Below are positions 45,390 to 54,274 of a stretch of DNA of 64,000 bases, piece by piece. The first letter of the stretch is position 1, and every line of letters starts with the position of its first letter. Source of the DNA: a virus (taxonomy: Duplodnaviria > Caudoviricetes); IMG/VR virus record IMGVR_UViG_3300033074_001883, positions 16,046-80,045 of that record; one strand, 5' to 3'. A program made the position numbers and the translations under genes. The notes under the pieces were generated by a model, which was given only the letters and a program-made list of their open reading frames with translations, had not been told where the DNA came from and did not search any database.

Positions 45390-45715
45390 GGTTGCCTCCG
45401 GTGCGGCGTGAGCGACTTGCGAGCCTTCTTGTCGTACTTCGTGAAGTCGACTTCGAGGACGCCGCCGATGCGCATGTAGATGCGCATCAGGTTCCCCGTG
45501 CCCCGGAGGAGGAACTCGTGGTCGTAGTAGCCCCGGCACACGACGGTCTCCTTCTTGAGCGCCTTCTCGGTGAGCTTCTTGTGGCAGATGAAGTGCACGT
45601 CCCTCTCCCGGAGGTCCTCGACGATGTCGCGCACGCGCTCCTTGCTCACGAGCGAGTCCTTCGTCCACGGGCACCCGAAGCACGGCTTCTTGGGCATGAT
45701 GAGCTGACCACTCAT
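45386..45715 (-). CDS. Cys/His zinc-binding protein (DUF6283-like)
   Basis: PCFGCPW..HFICHK..VCRG. Confidence 0.55.
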   Translation of the reverse strand: MSGQLIMPKKPCFGCPWTKDSLVSKERVRDIVEDLRERDVHFICHKKLTEKALKKETVVCRGYYDHEFLLRGTGNLMRIYMRIGGVLEVDFTKYDKKARKSLTPHRRQP

Positions 45716-45717
45716 GG

Positions 45718-46080
45718 TTAGCCACCCGCCTTCTCGATGGTCGCCATGATGCGTGTGGCGTCGTCGAAGGTGATGCCCCACTTCTGCTTCTCGACGCTCC
45801 AGCCGTCCTTGTCGACGCACTTCGCGACCCACTCCGGGAAGAGGTCGTTGATGGCGCGCGTGACGACTTGGTTCACCGCGTTGTTGATGCGCTTCTTCAG
45901 GTACGAGTCCGAGGTGCTCCGCTCGTGGTCGGCGTAGGTCGCCCACGCCGCGTCGGTCATGGCGCGCACGACGCGAGCGATGCGTCGGGCCTCCTCTAGC
46001 TCGCGTGCCTTCCTCTTGCGCCTTGCCTTGTCGGCCTTCCGGCGCTTCGCGAGGTAGTCGGGGTGGTTGTAGCTGCCCAT
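45718..46080 (-). CDS. Hypothetical protein
   Basis: 120 aa; TAA-C(C)-ATG junctions on both sides. Confidence 0.55.
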   Translation of the reverse strand: MGSYNHPDYLAKRRKADKARRKRKARELEEARRIARVVRAMTDAAWATYADHERSTSDSYLKKRINNAVNQVVTRAINDLFPEWVAKCVDKDGWSVEKQKWGITFDDATRIMATIEKAGG

Positions 46081-46081
46081 G

Positions 46082-46735
46082 TTAGCGCTCCTCCTTCGGC
46101 GTGAGGTCGAGGAGCTTCCACACGGGCATCTGCCCTACGACCTTGGGCTTCCAAACGAACCACGCGTACTCGATGGAGTCGGTGTTGCCGTTCTTGGTGA
46201 ACGAGGGCCGGTTGGGGAGCACGTAGAGGTCGGGCGGGTGCGTCGTCATGAACTCGTGCCGGTCAGCCGTGCCGATGTAGTTGAGCCGGAGGAGCATCGC
46301 GGTCACCTTGGCGTTCTCGCGCCCGTACTCGATGAACTCCATCGCTCGGCTGAACGGAGGGTTGCCGATGCATACGTCGAAGAGCCGCCTCGCTCCGAAC
46401 GTCGGGTTGTCGGTGATGGTCGCCACCTTGAAGAACCCGTTGCACTCCGCGCGCATGCGCTTGAGGAACGGCGTCTCCCGGATGTCGAAGCCGTACCACG
46501 TCAGCTTCTTCTTGAAGGACGGGATGGCGATCTTGTTCACGGCCTTGATGATGTCGCCGTTGCCGCACCCCGGTTCCATCCATCGCCCGGCCGGGAAGGC
46601 CACCCGCTCCAGCAAGCGGTGCACGCACCACGCGGGGGTTGGGTAGTTGTCTTGTCGGTTACGCTTCTTGCCACGGTTCGTTGATGACACGTTGCCACGC
46701 TCCTTGCTTCGTTGGTTACCACTCCGCTTCGTCAC
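46082..46735 (-). CDS. DNA amino-methyltransferase (N6-adenine type)
   Basis: DNYPTP, MEPGCGNG (motif I), YGFDI, IGNPPFS (motif IV). Confidence 0.85.
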   Translation of the reverse strand: MTKRSGNQRSKERGNVSSTNRGKKRNRQDNYPTPAWCVHRLLERVAFPAGRWMEPGCGNGDIIKAVNKIAIPSFKKKLTWYGFDIRETPFLKRMRAECNGFFKVATITDNPTFGARRLFDVCIGNPPFSRAMEFIEYGRENAKVTAMLLRLNYIGTADRHEFMTTHPPDLYVLPNRPSFTKNGNTDSIEYAWFVWKPKVVGQMPVWKLLDLTPKEER

Positions 46736-47123
46736 TTCGCCTCTTGAAGAGGTCGTCGAACGCGTCGCGCTCTTCGGCCTCCTCCTTCGTCTCTTGCTTA
46801 GCCTTGCGCACGGTCGGTGCCACAGGATTCGTCGTGAGCCGCTTCACCGTCTCGTCGTAGTCGGGGAGTTCTGTGATGTGCTTGAACCGGAGGTTCGCGG
46901 GGATCTTCGCCTTGTCCAGCCACACCGTGGACACGTGGTAGACTCGGAGGTTCACGTCGCGTGTGGCATCGAAGGCGTAGTCGGCTCGTTGAAACGCGGT
47001 TGGAATGTACGCCACGCCCTTCGGTGGAGCTTCCAGTTGCACCGCGTCGGACTTCGGCATCCTCTTGGTGAAGAGTCCGACGACGTACTCGTAGGTCGTG
47101 TTGCCCGTGGCTCCAAAGCTCAT
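46716..47123 (-). CDS. Hypothetical protein
   Basis: 135 aa. Confidence 0.5.
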   Translation of the reverse strand: MSFGATGNTTYEYVVGLFTKRMPKSDAVQLEAPPKGVAYIPTAFQRADYAFDATRDVNLRVYHVSTVWLDKAKIPANLRFKHITELPDYDETVKRLTTNPVAPTVRKAKQETKEEAEERDAFDDLFKRRSDEAEW

Positions 47124-47479
47124 GTGGTGCTCCTCTCGTCAGGTGCGTTGCTTGGACGTCCGTAGATGGCTCGTGCGCTTCGGCGTGCACGCTTCCGCAC
47201 GATGCGCTCCCGTTTGGTGCGCGGCTCGCCAACGAGCGTCACCGCTCGGAGGCCTACGACCGTCACCGCACGTCGTTTGAGGCACACGAGGTCGATGTTA
47301 GCCAACCACCGACCAGACATAGCGTAGATGCCGACCACGACGCCCACGTGCTCAATCGCCGGGCAGACGTCCGTGCATGGGTGGTCGAGTCTCACGACGT
47401 CGAAGAGCTTGATGCCCCATCGCGCGATGTGTTCCCGCCTCCTACCATGGCGCTTCGTCTCGTCTCTGCTGCGCTTCAT
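47120..47479 (-). CDS. Hypothetical protein
   Basis: 119 aa from MKRSRDE; ATGA coupling. Confidence 0.45.
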   Translation of the reverse strand: MKRSRDETKRHGRRREHIARWGIKLFDVVRLDHPCTDVCPAIEHVGVVVGIYAMSGRWLANIDLVCLKRRAVTVVGLRAVTLVGEPRTKRERIVRKRARRSARAIYGRPSNAPDERSTT

Positions 47480-47654
47480 CACGCTTCTCCTCCCGCACAC
47501 GACCCACGCCGCCACACACTAAGCAAAGCTCGTCCACCACGTAGCCCGACTCACCGTCATGCTTAGTCACGTGGATTGAACCACGGCCCTCACACGCCCG
47601 GCACTGCGCCTCGACGAGGACCCTACGCTTCGGCCGCCTTCGGCGTGTTGGCAC
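47442..47654 (-). CDS. DnaJ-type zinc-finger peptide
   Basis: CRACEGRG..CLVCGGVG; GGAGG before a GTG start. Confidence 0.4.
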   Translation of the reverse strand: MPTRRRRPKRRVLVEAQCRACEGRGSIHVTKHDGESGYVVDELCLVCGGVGRVREEKRDEAQQRRDEAPW

Positions 47655-47943
47655 CGTGGCCTCCGTGCATGGAGTGTTCGAGGCCCATCTCACCGATGAC
47701 GAGCGCGAGTTCGGCGGCCACCTCAGCCATCGCCTCACCCGACGCGTGGCGGTCGTGCTTCGGCACACCCAATCGCTTGAGCGCGATGCGCTCGAACTTC
47801 TGTTGCATGTACTTGAACATCGCGAGCCTCAGCCTCCCGTACGAGATGCACTTGTCGCTCGTGCACTTCAAGAGGTGGCACCCCGCATAGCTCGCCGCCG
47901 CTTCCCTCAACTCCGCCTCAACCGCCTTCATGTCTTCCGCCAT
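47623..47943 (-). CDS. Hypothetical protein
   Basis: 106 aa. Confidence 0.5.
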   Translation of the reverse strand: MAEDMKAVEAELREAAASYAGCHLLKCTSDKCISYGRLRLAMFKYMQQKFERIALKRLGVPKHDRHASGEAMAEVAAELALVIGEMGLEHSMHGGHGANTPKAAEA

Positions 47944-48161
47944 TTTCGTGCTCCTCTCGCCGCGTAACGCACGCCTTTCTCCATCACATGCTGCCCGATG
48001 ATGCGTGCGGCCTCATCGAACGTCTCCCGATTGCGTACCGCGTCTTCGAGGTCGAGTTCAACCCGTATCGTCATGCCCGCGAGCGGGAAGACGTTAAGCA
48101 CGTCACGGCCTACCGAGAGGTCGCCGTGCATGACGAGGGTGAACCAGCGCTTCTTGCCCAT
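47928..48161 (-). CDS. Hypothetical protein
   Basis: 77 aa downstream of the terminase. Confidence 0.5.
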   Translation of the reverse strand: MGKKRWFTLVMHGDLSVGRDVLNVFPLAGMTIRVELDLEDAVRNRETFDEAARIIGQHVMEKGVRYAARGARKWRKT

Positions 48162-48173
48162 CCAACAAGCGTG

Positions 48174-49889
48174 TCAGAACTCGAAGGAGAATGCACTCAC
48201 GCCGCCTTCGAGCTTGTCGAGGCCGAGCTTAGCGTAGCCGGTGGCGTGCACGAGGTGGTCGTCGCCAGTCTTCTCGATGGTCTCGTAGATCTCGCCTTCC
48301 TCCTCCACACGCATGGGCGCGAGGTTCTGGAAGTGCTTAACGAGCATCTTGACGCCGTTGTCCCACGCGGGCAGGCCAATCTCCTTCTCCTTGAAGGCCC
48401 GGCACGTCTCCTTGATGGTGAGCGTGCGGTCGACGAGTACCTTCGCGAACGCGTCCGACCATGACGGTTGAAACGTGCGCGAGCCCTTCTCGCTCGGGTT
48501 GTACCAACACGCGAAGAGGCGCTCAGGGTACTTGCGGAGGAGGTACGAGTTGCGGTCCTTGCCATAGCCCGCGTCGGCCACGATGACGTCGGGCTCGTAG
48601 GGCGAGATGAACGCGTCGATGAGCTTCACGGACTGGAGTTCGCTTCGGTGGTCGTCCTCGAAGACGGCGACGTTAAGCAAGTAGCGCTTTCCGTTCGACG
48701 CGTTCTTGCCGATGACCACGACCCAGTTGAGATGTCCCCAGTCGATGCCGACCGAGATCTCGGACCAATCGGGCGAGCGTGAGTGCACCACCGCGTGCCC
48801 GGCCGTCGTGTTGATGAAGTCTTGCTCGCCGAGGAGGATGTTCTCGCCGATGGAGGTCTTCGCGAGGACGTAGTTCTCCCAGAACTGCTGGAACTTCATC
48901 TCGATCTTCTTCTGCATCACCTCGGTGGCGGTGATCCACGGGCAGATGGTTTGCGGGATGAGGTAGCCACGGATGTTCTTGCGGTCGGGGTACCGAGGCA
49001 CCCAGAAGCCGTGCACCCGGTCCAGCAAGCCACGGCACCGCTCCTTGCGGCATCGGTACTCGTAGCACCCCTCGGGGAGTTCCTTCGTTCCGGGCGGGAT
49101 GTCCATCATCTGCACGATGTTCTCGGGGTACTCGATCTGTTGCCACATCGAGCACTTCCGGCACTTCACATGCCACTCCATCTGGTCCGAGTGCATGTAC
49201 GAGGCGTCGACGCCGCGCCCGGGAAGCGTGGGCGTGCTCACCTCGCGGAGCAGGCCGTGGCGTGACGAGGACAACGACTCGCGGAAGGCCACCTCGATGC
49301 CGGGCTTCATCCGGTCCTTCTCGTCGAACGTCACGCCGTCAGCGTCCACGCCCTCACCGAGGTTCGACTCCCACGCGGAGCGGAGGAGGAGGAACGACGA
49401 GCCGCCGATCTTCTTGAGGAAGGTCTGGTTCGGCGTGGTGAAGAGGTGCTTCATGCGCGGGCTCTCGCCCATCGCCTCGGTGATGCGCGTCGTCGAGAAG
49501 TCGAGAAGCTGTTTCTCTCGCGGGAAGGTGTAGATCCACTTCGTGTTGGGGTGCGTGTCGAGGAACCAAAGCGTCTCGGTCACGCTCAACTCGGACACGC
49601 CCACCTGACGGCCCTTCTTGTAGACCTTCCACGGGTGCGGGTCGTTGAGCGGTTGGACGAGAAACGGTCGGTGCCGGAGGAGCAGCCGCTTCACGTCGGC
49701 CTTCGCCTCCGACGTGTTGAGCTTGTCGATGAGGCCGCTCACGTCGAACGTGTACGGGCTCCCCTTGATGGTGCGGTTGTACATGCTCCACGTGCTCGCC
49801 CGCTTCTTCGCGAGCGCGGCCAGCCCATCTCGAATGGAGAGGCCCTCGGGGAACACCTCACGACCGTACCGACCAAGTCCCGTCATCAC
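48174..49889 (-). CDS. terL: Terminase large subunit
   Basis: KKGRQVGVSE (Walker A), VTFDEKD (Walker B), VSTPTLPGRGVD, CRKC..WQ, SVGIDWG, IVADAGYG, GDDHLVHA. Confidence 0.92.
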   Translation of the reverse strand: MMTGLGRYGREVFPEGLSIRDGLAALAKKRASTWSMYNRTIKGSPYTFDVSGLIDKLNTSEAKADVKRLLLRHRPFLVQPLNDPHPWKVYKKGRQVGVSELSVTETLWFLDTHPNTKWIYTFPREKQLLDFSTTRITEAMGESPRMKHLFTTPNQTFLKKIGGSSFLLLRSAWESNLGEGVDADGVTFDEKDRMKPGIEVAFRESLSSSRHGLLREVSTPTLPGRGVDASYMHSDQMEWHVKCRKCSMWQQIEYPENIVQMMDIPPGTKELPEGCYEYRCRKERCRGLLDRVHGFWVPRYPDRKNIRGYLIPQTICPWITATEVMQKKIEMKFQQFWENYVLAKTSIGENILLGEQDFINTTAGHAVVHSRSPDWSEISVGIDWGHLNWVVVIGKNASNGKRYLLNVAVFEDDHRSELQSVKLIDAFISPYEPDVIVADAGYGKDRNSYLLRKYPERLFACWYNPSEKGSRTFQPSWSDAFAKVLVDRTLTIKETCRAFKEKEIGLPAWDNGVKMLVKHFQNLAPMRVEEEGEIYETIEKTGDDHLVHATGYAKLGLDKLEGGVSAFSFEF

Positions 49890-50665
49890 CGTCTCCGCTT
49901 CGTGGATTCCTCGGCGTCGGCCTCACGCCGGAACTCCTCGCGGTCTTCTTCGCGAATCATGTCGAGGAGGTTCGACTCTTGAAGCACCTTCTCAGCCAGA
50001 AGCGCGGCGGCCTCTTGCGGCGAGTGCGCGACGACGGCAAGCACCGGGTCGTAGGCGGTGAGGAACTGCTCGAACGAGGTGAGGGCCGTCGCTTGGTGCT
50101 CGGCCGACGGGAGCGGTGCGCCGTTGGGCCCACCGAGGTTGATGTTGATGGCCGTGCCGGGGCCGCCGTGCCCTTGCTGGTTCTCGCCGTAGAGGTCGCG
50201 CTCGCTCTTCGTGTAGTTGAGGTGCTCCCGGAGCATCAGGCCCGCGCGTGTCGGGTCGATCTCGCTCAACTCCTTCGAGAGTTCGCCGAGGGCCTTCGCG
50301 CCGAGCTTGTCCGCGATGACGGCCGTCGTCTTCACGCGGCGCAGTCGTGAGGAGATCTGCTCCTCCTCGATGTGCCGCTTCTGCTCTTGAAGCCACGCGT
50401 GCGTCTTCGTCCAGTTGGTGAGCGTGTTGCGGTGCACGCCTACCCTCTCCGCGACTTGGGTCACGGTGCCACCCGAGAGCATGAGGTTGAGCGCCTCGCG
50501 CTTCTTGGGCGACCACTTCCACTTCGGCCCGGGTGCCCTCACCACCACCGAACCGTGCACAACGCGCGGTTCCGCTGAAACGGCGGAAGTCGTTGAACTC
50601 GCTGAGGATTCGACCGTCACCTCGACTTTGGGCGTTGCACTCTTTTCACCGCTCACGTTGTGCAC
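49886..50665 (-). CDS. terS: Terminase small subunit (HTH)
   Basis: TVTQVAERVGVHRNTLTNW HTH; stop overlaps the terL start. Confidence 0.7.
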   Translation of the reverse strand: MHNVSGEKSATPKVEVTVESSASSTTSAVSAEPRVVHGSVVVRAPGPKWKWSPKKREALNLMLSGGTVTQVAERVGVHRNTLTNWTKTHAWLQEQKRHIEEEQISSRLRRVKTTAVIADKLGAKALGELSKELSEIDPTRAGLMLREHLNYTKSERDLYGENQQGHGGPGTAININLGGPNGAPLPSAEHQATALTSFEQFLTAYDPVLAVVAHSPQEAAALLAEKVLQESNLLDMIREEDREEFRREADAEESTKRRR

Positions 50666-50700
50666 CTTTCGAGGCGTCTTTGGGCGCTCAGCGGCCCGTT

Positions 50701-51042
50701 TCAGGGCGTCTCCGAGCCCGGGAGAGGCTCTTTGGGAGGCTTCCGGCTCTTCGCGGCGAGGAACTCCGGGTCGACTGGCCGGTACGAGACGCCGTTCGAG
50801 TCGACGATGGAGAGGAACGCGTCGAGGCGGTACTTCCGCCCAGCCGCGCGAACGATGGTGCGGAGCGCGTCGGCGTTGGCTCCCGACCGGCCGATGAGCT
50901 TCCCGAAGTCCTGCTTCGAGCAGGTCACGGTGAAGAGCACGAGACGGTCGACTTGTGCGGCGACGACGCGCGCCTCGTCCTCCTTGTCGACGAGGTCCTT
51001 GACGATGTCCTGCACGAGGATTTCGAGGCGCGCGATGCTCAT
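50701..51042 (-). CDS. khpA: KH-domain RNA-binding protein, KhpA/YlqC-like
   Basis: LVQDIVKDLVDKEDEARV..FTVTCSKQDFGKLIGRSGANADALRTIV; GxxG loop intact. Confidence 0.8.
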   Translation of the reverse strand: MSIARLEILVQDIVKDLVDKEDEARVVAAQVDRLVLFTVTCSKQDFGKLIGRSGANADALRTIVRAAGRKYRLDAFLSIVDSNGVSYRPVDPEFLAAKSRKPPKEPLPGSETP

Positions 51043-51044
51043 GG

Positions 51045-51674
51045 TTAGACGAGGTCCCGTACTGCGTTGAACACCCGGTTCGCCGTCTCTTCGACGTCGT
51101 CGTGGTGCTTCACGGAGGTCCACCAACGTGTGGCCCCCGTTGACCAACTGGGCGGCAGCGCCCAGATGGAAGCGTAGTTGAAGTGCACGCGCTCGTAGAA
51201 GTGCACGCCCTTCGACTCGTAGACGTCGGCCTTCGCGCCGCCACGCTCCTTCACCCGGCGCATCGACTCCTCGACGGGGATGTCGAGGAGCAGGTTCACG
51301 TCGGGCACGAGCATCGTGGAGTAGAGCTTCACGAGCACGTCGATGGGGAGGCCGCTCGCTGCGCCGTACGCCGCGCCGCTCTGCCAGAACCGGTCGCACA
51401 CGACGTGTTGCCCACCCGCGAGCGTGGACTCGATGGAGGGCATGACTTCGAGGCGGTTCACGGTCTGGAGCGCTTGGAAGACGGCCTCGTTCACGAGGTC
51501 ATCGCTCCCGGCGCTCCACTCGCCCTTGAGCCACGCGTCGATGAACTTGCCGAAGAACGTCGACCGCTGTGGGAAGTTGAACCACGCCGCGTTGAGGCTC
51601 TTCGCGAGGCGTTGCGAGTGCGTCGTCTTGCCGGAGCCGTCGAGGCCCTCGACGACGATGAGCTTGCCCCTCAT
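51045..51674 (-). CDS. tmk: Thymidylate (dTMP) kinase
   Basis: LIVVEGLDGSGKTT, VVCDRF..SGAAY, PDVNLLLDIPVE. Confidence 0.9.
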   Translation of the reverse strand: MRGKLIVVEGLDGSGKTTHSQRLAKSLNAAWFNFPQRSTFFGKFIDAWLKGEWSAGSDDLVNEAVFQALQTVNRLEVMPSIESTLAGGQHVVCDRFWQSGAAYGAASGLPIDVLVKLYSTMLVPDVNLLLDIPVEESMRRVKERGGAKADVYESKGVHFYERVHFNYASIWALPPSWSTGATRWWTSVKHHDDVEETANRVFNAVRDLV

Positions 51675-52027
51675 GCGCCCGCCTTCCGGTTCAGGCTCTC
51701 TTCTGGGGTGAGCACGCCCTTGTAGCGCGCGTCGAGCTTCCGTCGGTTCGCCTCCTCGACGTCAGCGTCGGTGATGCCGAGGTCGATCATGATCATCGTC
51801 TGGTAGAAGCGCACGTCGCCCAGCTCGTCGATGAGCTTCGCACGCATCGCCTCGTCGAGAGGGTGACCGTGGAACACATGCTTCTTGACGAGGCTAAGCA
51901 CCTCGCCAGACTCGTCGGAGAGGCCCATCGCGCCGTTGATGAGAGACGAGGTCTTCGCGTCGACGGTGAGCGCCTTGAACGCAGCCCACTTCGTACGCGC
52001 CCACTCCCGGTAGTGTTGGTAGTTCAC
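51671..52027 (-). CDS. MazG-like nucleotide pyrophosphohydrolase
   Basis: GLSDESGEVLSLVKK..IDELGDV. Confidence 0.85.
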   Translation of the reverse strand: MNYQHYREWARTKWAAFKALTVDAKTSSLINGAMGLSDESGEVLSLVKKHVFHGHPLDEAMRAKLIDELGDVRFYQTMIMIDLGITDADVEEANRRKLDARYKGVLTPEESLNRKAGA

Positions 52028-52263
52028 AGTGCCTTCCTGCCAGCCTTGAGGTAATGGAGGCGGAGCCCGACGAGGCCGTCGAGAACCGTGTTGATGTCCT
52101 TCGCGCCGAGGCCAGTCGTCTCCTTCAGGAGGATGACGATGGCCTTCCGGTTGAGGGCACCGTTGAGGAGCGACTCGACCCCTTCGCTGAGCTTGTAGAG
52201 GTCGACAGCGATGGCGTTGGAGACCGACGGGTCCACGGTGAACGGCTTCTTGTCGTTACTCAT
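52024..52263 (-). CDS. Hypothetical protein
   Basis: 79 aa from MSNDKK; coupled on both sides. Confidence 0.55.
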   Translation of the reverse strand: MSNDKKPFTVDPSVSNAIAVDLYKLSEGVESLLNGALNRKAIVILLKETTGLGAKDINTVLDGLVGLRLHYLKAGRKAL

Positions 52264-52676
52264 CGCGTGTAGTCCGTGGAGGCAAGCTCGTCGCGTTGAG
52301 TACGCATGTCGAGTTCGACTTCGAGGAGGTTGCACTGCCTCACCACGGCACGGAAGAGGAAGTCCTTCGCCTTGTCGCTCGGCGAGAGTTCCTCGTAGGG
52401 CACGATGCACGGGTGCGTCTTCGCCTTCTCGTCCTTCACCGCGCCGTGCGTCCACCCGGTCGCCAGCTTCTCCTTGAGCCAGAGTTGGTGCGACTCCTCG
52501 GGCGGCGTGTCCGGGTGCTTGAGGTGGTGCTTCACGCCGTTGATGGCCGAGGTGCGCTGCCACTCAGGGGCGTCCTCCCACCGCGACTGCGAGTGGTCAC
52601 CCATCGAGAAGCAGTACGCGCGGTTCACCTCGTGCGCGACCTTCGCGATGTCCTCGGCGTTGATGCGCGACCTCAT
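52260..52676 (-). CDS. RyR-domain phage protein
   Basis: AHEVNRAYC..HQLWLKEKLATGWTHG..KTHPCIVPYEEL..K.KD. Confidence 0.8.
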   Translation of the reverse strand: MRSRINAEDIAKVAHEVNRAYCFSMGDHSQSRWEDAPEWQRTSAINGVKHHLKHPDTPPEESHQLWLKEKLATGWTHGAVKDEKAKTHPCIVPYEELSPSDKAKDFLFRAVVRQCNLLEVELDMRTQRDELASTDYTR

Positions 52677-53323
52677 GTGGCCTCCACTTCGACTGGCTTT
52701 GCGGCGAGCGTCTCTTCAGCGTTCACGATGGCCTCCGCCGTGGGCGAAGTCTCCACCGAGACGGGAGCACCGACACCCATGAGTTCGGCGCGTTCACGCG
52801 CAGCCTTCTGCACGTCGGAGACGTACGAGACGATGGCCGGGTGCCGCATGAAGTGGCGGATGGTCGTGGTGAGCGACTGGATGTAGCGCTCCTGCTCCTT
52901 CACGAACTCCGTCTTGCGGTTGAGCCGCTTGCGGAGCGCCTTCACGTCGTCGACCTTCAGCTTCGAGAGTTCGTCCTCCAACTCCGCGATGCGGTCGATC
53001 AGTCGAGCGCCATGTTTGTTCGACTCCTCGCTGATCGCAAGGGTGGCGGTGACTCGTGCGCGCTCAACCTTCAGCTCCTCCTCCGTAAACACGAGGTCGC
53101 GCTTGAGGTTGTCGCGCTCTGCGACGAGGTCGGCGTGTGCCGACTGGAGCGCGGCTGCGTGCTCCACTTCGGACTCCCGGATGAGGCGCTCGGCCTCTTC
53201 CGTCGTCTTCGCGAGACCGGTTTGATACCGGTCGCGCTCGATACGAGCCTCATCCCGCTGATGGATGAGCTTCTTGATGGTCTCCCGCATCGCCTCTTGG
53301 TTCGGCTTTCTGCTCTTCCCCAT
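52673..53323 (-). CDS. Coiled-coil protein
   Basis: 216 aa with heptad repeats. Confidence 0.6.
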   Translation of the reverse strand: MGKSRKPNQEAMRETIKKLIHQRDEARIERDRYQTGLAKTTEEAERLIRESEVEHAAALQSAHADLVAERDNLKRDLVFTEEELKVERARVTATLAISEESNKHGARLIDRIAELEDELSKLKVDDVKALRKRLNRKTEFVKEQERYIQSLTTTIRHFMRHPAIVSYVSDVQKAARERAELMGVGAPVSVETSPTAEAIVNAEETLAAKPVEVEAT

Positions 53324-53346
53324 GACACGCTCCGTTGTTGGTTAGC

Positions 53347-53661
53347 CTACGCGCTCCATCCCTTGGGGATGGTGCCCTTCTCCTTCAGCTTGGCAATCTG
53401 CTCTTCACGAGCGGCCTTGCCGGGGCCTTTGTTGTCGTAGTCGGTCGACCGCTTCTCCAGCCGAGCGCGCTGTGACGCGCTCCACTCGGCCTTGCTCTCC
53501 GCGCTCCGCCCGGCCGCGAACACGGCACGCGCCACGAGAGGCGGCAGCTTCTCCATCACCGTGTCGCAGAGGTCGCACGCCGGGAGTGCGCCATCGCTCT
53601 TGACGAGGACGTCGTCTCGCCAGTTGCTGCACCGTGGGCACTTGAGGTCGAAGAGCGGCAT
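53347..53661 (-). CDS. FmdB-like zinc-ribbon protein
   Basis: MPLFDLKCPRC..CDLCDTVMEKL. Confidence 0.7.
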   Translation of the reverse strand: MPLFDLKCPRCSNWRDDVLVKSDGALPACDLCDTVMEKLPPLVARAVFAAGRSAESKAEWSASQRARLEKRSTDYDNKGPGKAAREEQIAKLKEKGTIPKGWSA

Positions 53662-53916
53662 TCAGCGACCGGTCACCTTGAGGGAGAGGTTCTGCGCGGC
53701 TTTCGACACCGTACCGCCCAGCGTCTTCACGAGGCGCGTGCAGTCTTCACGGTCAGTCACCTCACCGGCAAGACCGAGGCTCATGGAGACTTGGTAGGCG
53801 AGCGCGGTGCGCTTGCCCGTCGCCTCGGCGACCTGTGCTGGCGTGAGCGCATCAAGTGACGGAGCGCCGTCGTCCTCGATGTGCGCCATGACGACGACCT
53901 TGATGACTGCCCGCAT
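53662..53916 (-). CDS. Hypothetical protein
   Basis: 84 aa from MRAVIKV. Confidence 0.5.
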   Translation of the reverse strand: MRAVIKVVVMAHIEDDGAPSLDALTPAQVAEATGKRTALAYQVSMSLGLAGEVTDREDCTRLVKTLGGTVSKAAQNLSLKVTGR

Positions 53917-53917
53917 G

Positions 53918-54274
53918 TTAGTCTTCCTCCGCGTATGCACGCGCGATGTCGAGTAGCTCGCCGAGGAACTCCAGTCGCACCGTTGCGAAGGCGCTCTCTT
54001 GGCGGTGATGCTTGGTGACGAGCACAGGCTCCTGCCCGGGCTCGGTGATGTACTTCTCTTGAATCTCTCGCATGAACGTGTGGTGGGCGTGTCGGGTGCG
54101 GAACTTCACATCGACGCGGAGTTCTGGCAGGTCGTCGATGATGACGTCGACGTCACTCTGTGAAAAGTCCGAGCCGCGAAGAACACGGCGGCCCTTGAGC
54201 GCGAGAGCCGCTTGCTTCTCCGCGTTCTTCCACGCTTGAGACTGTCGACCGCTCTTCATCTTCTTTGGCATCAC
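53918..54274 (-). CDS. Holliday junction resolvase-like PD-(D/E)xK nuclease
   Basis: WKNAEKQAA..SDVDVII..RVDVK. Confidence 0.7.
   Translation of the reverse strand: MMPKKMKSGRQSQAWKNAEKQAALALKGRRVLRGSDFSQSDVDVIIDDLPELRVDVKFRTRHAHHTFMREIQEKYITEPGQEPVLVTKHHRQESAFATVRLEFLGELLDIARAYAEED

Noticed and set aside
52260-52676. RyR domain as a eukaryote-like novelty
   Set aside because: Stand-alone RyR-domain proteins are common in phages; kept as a feature only.
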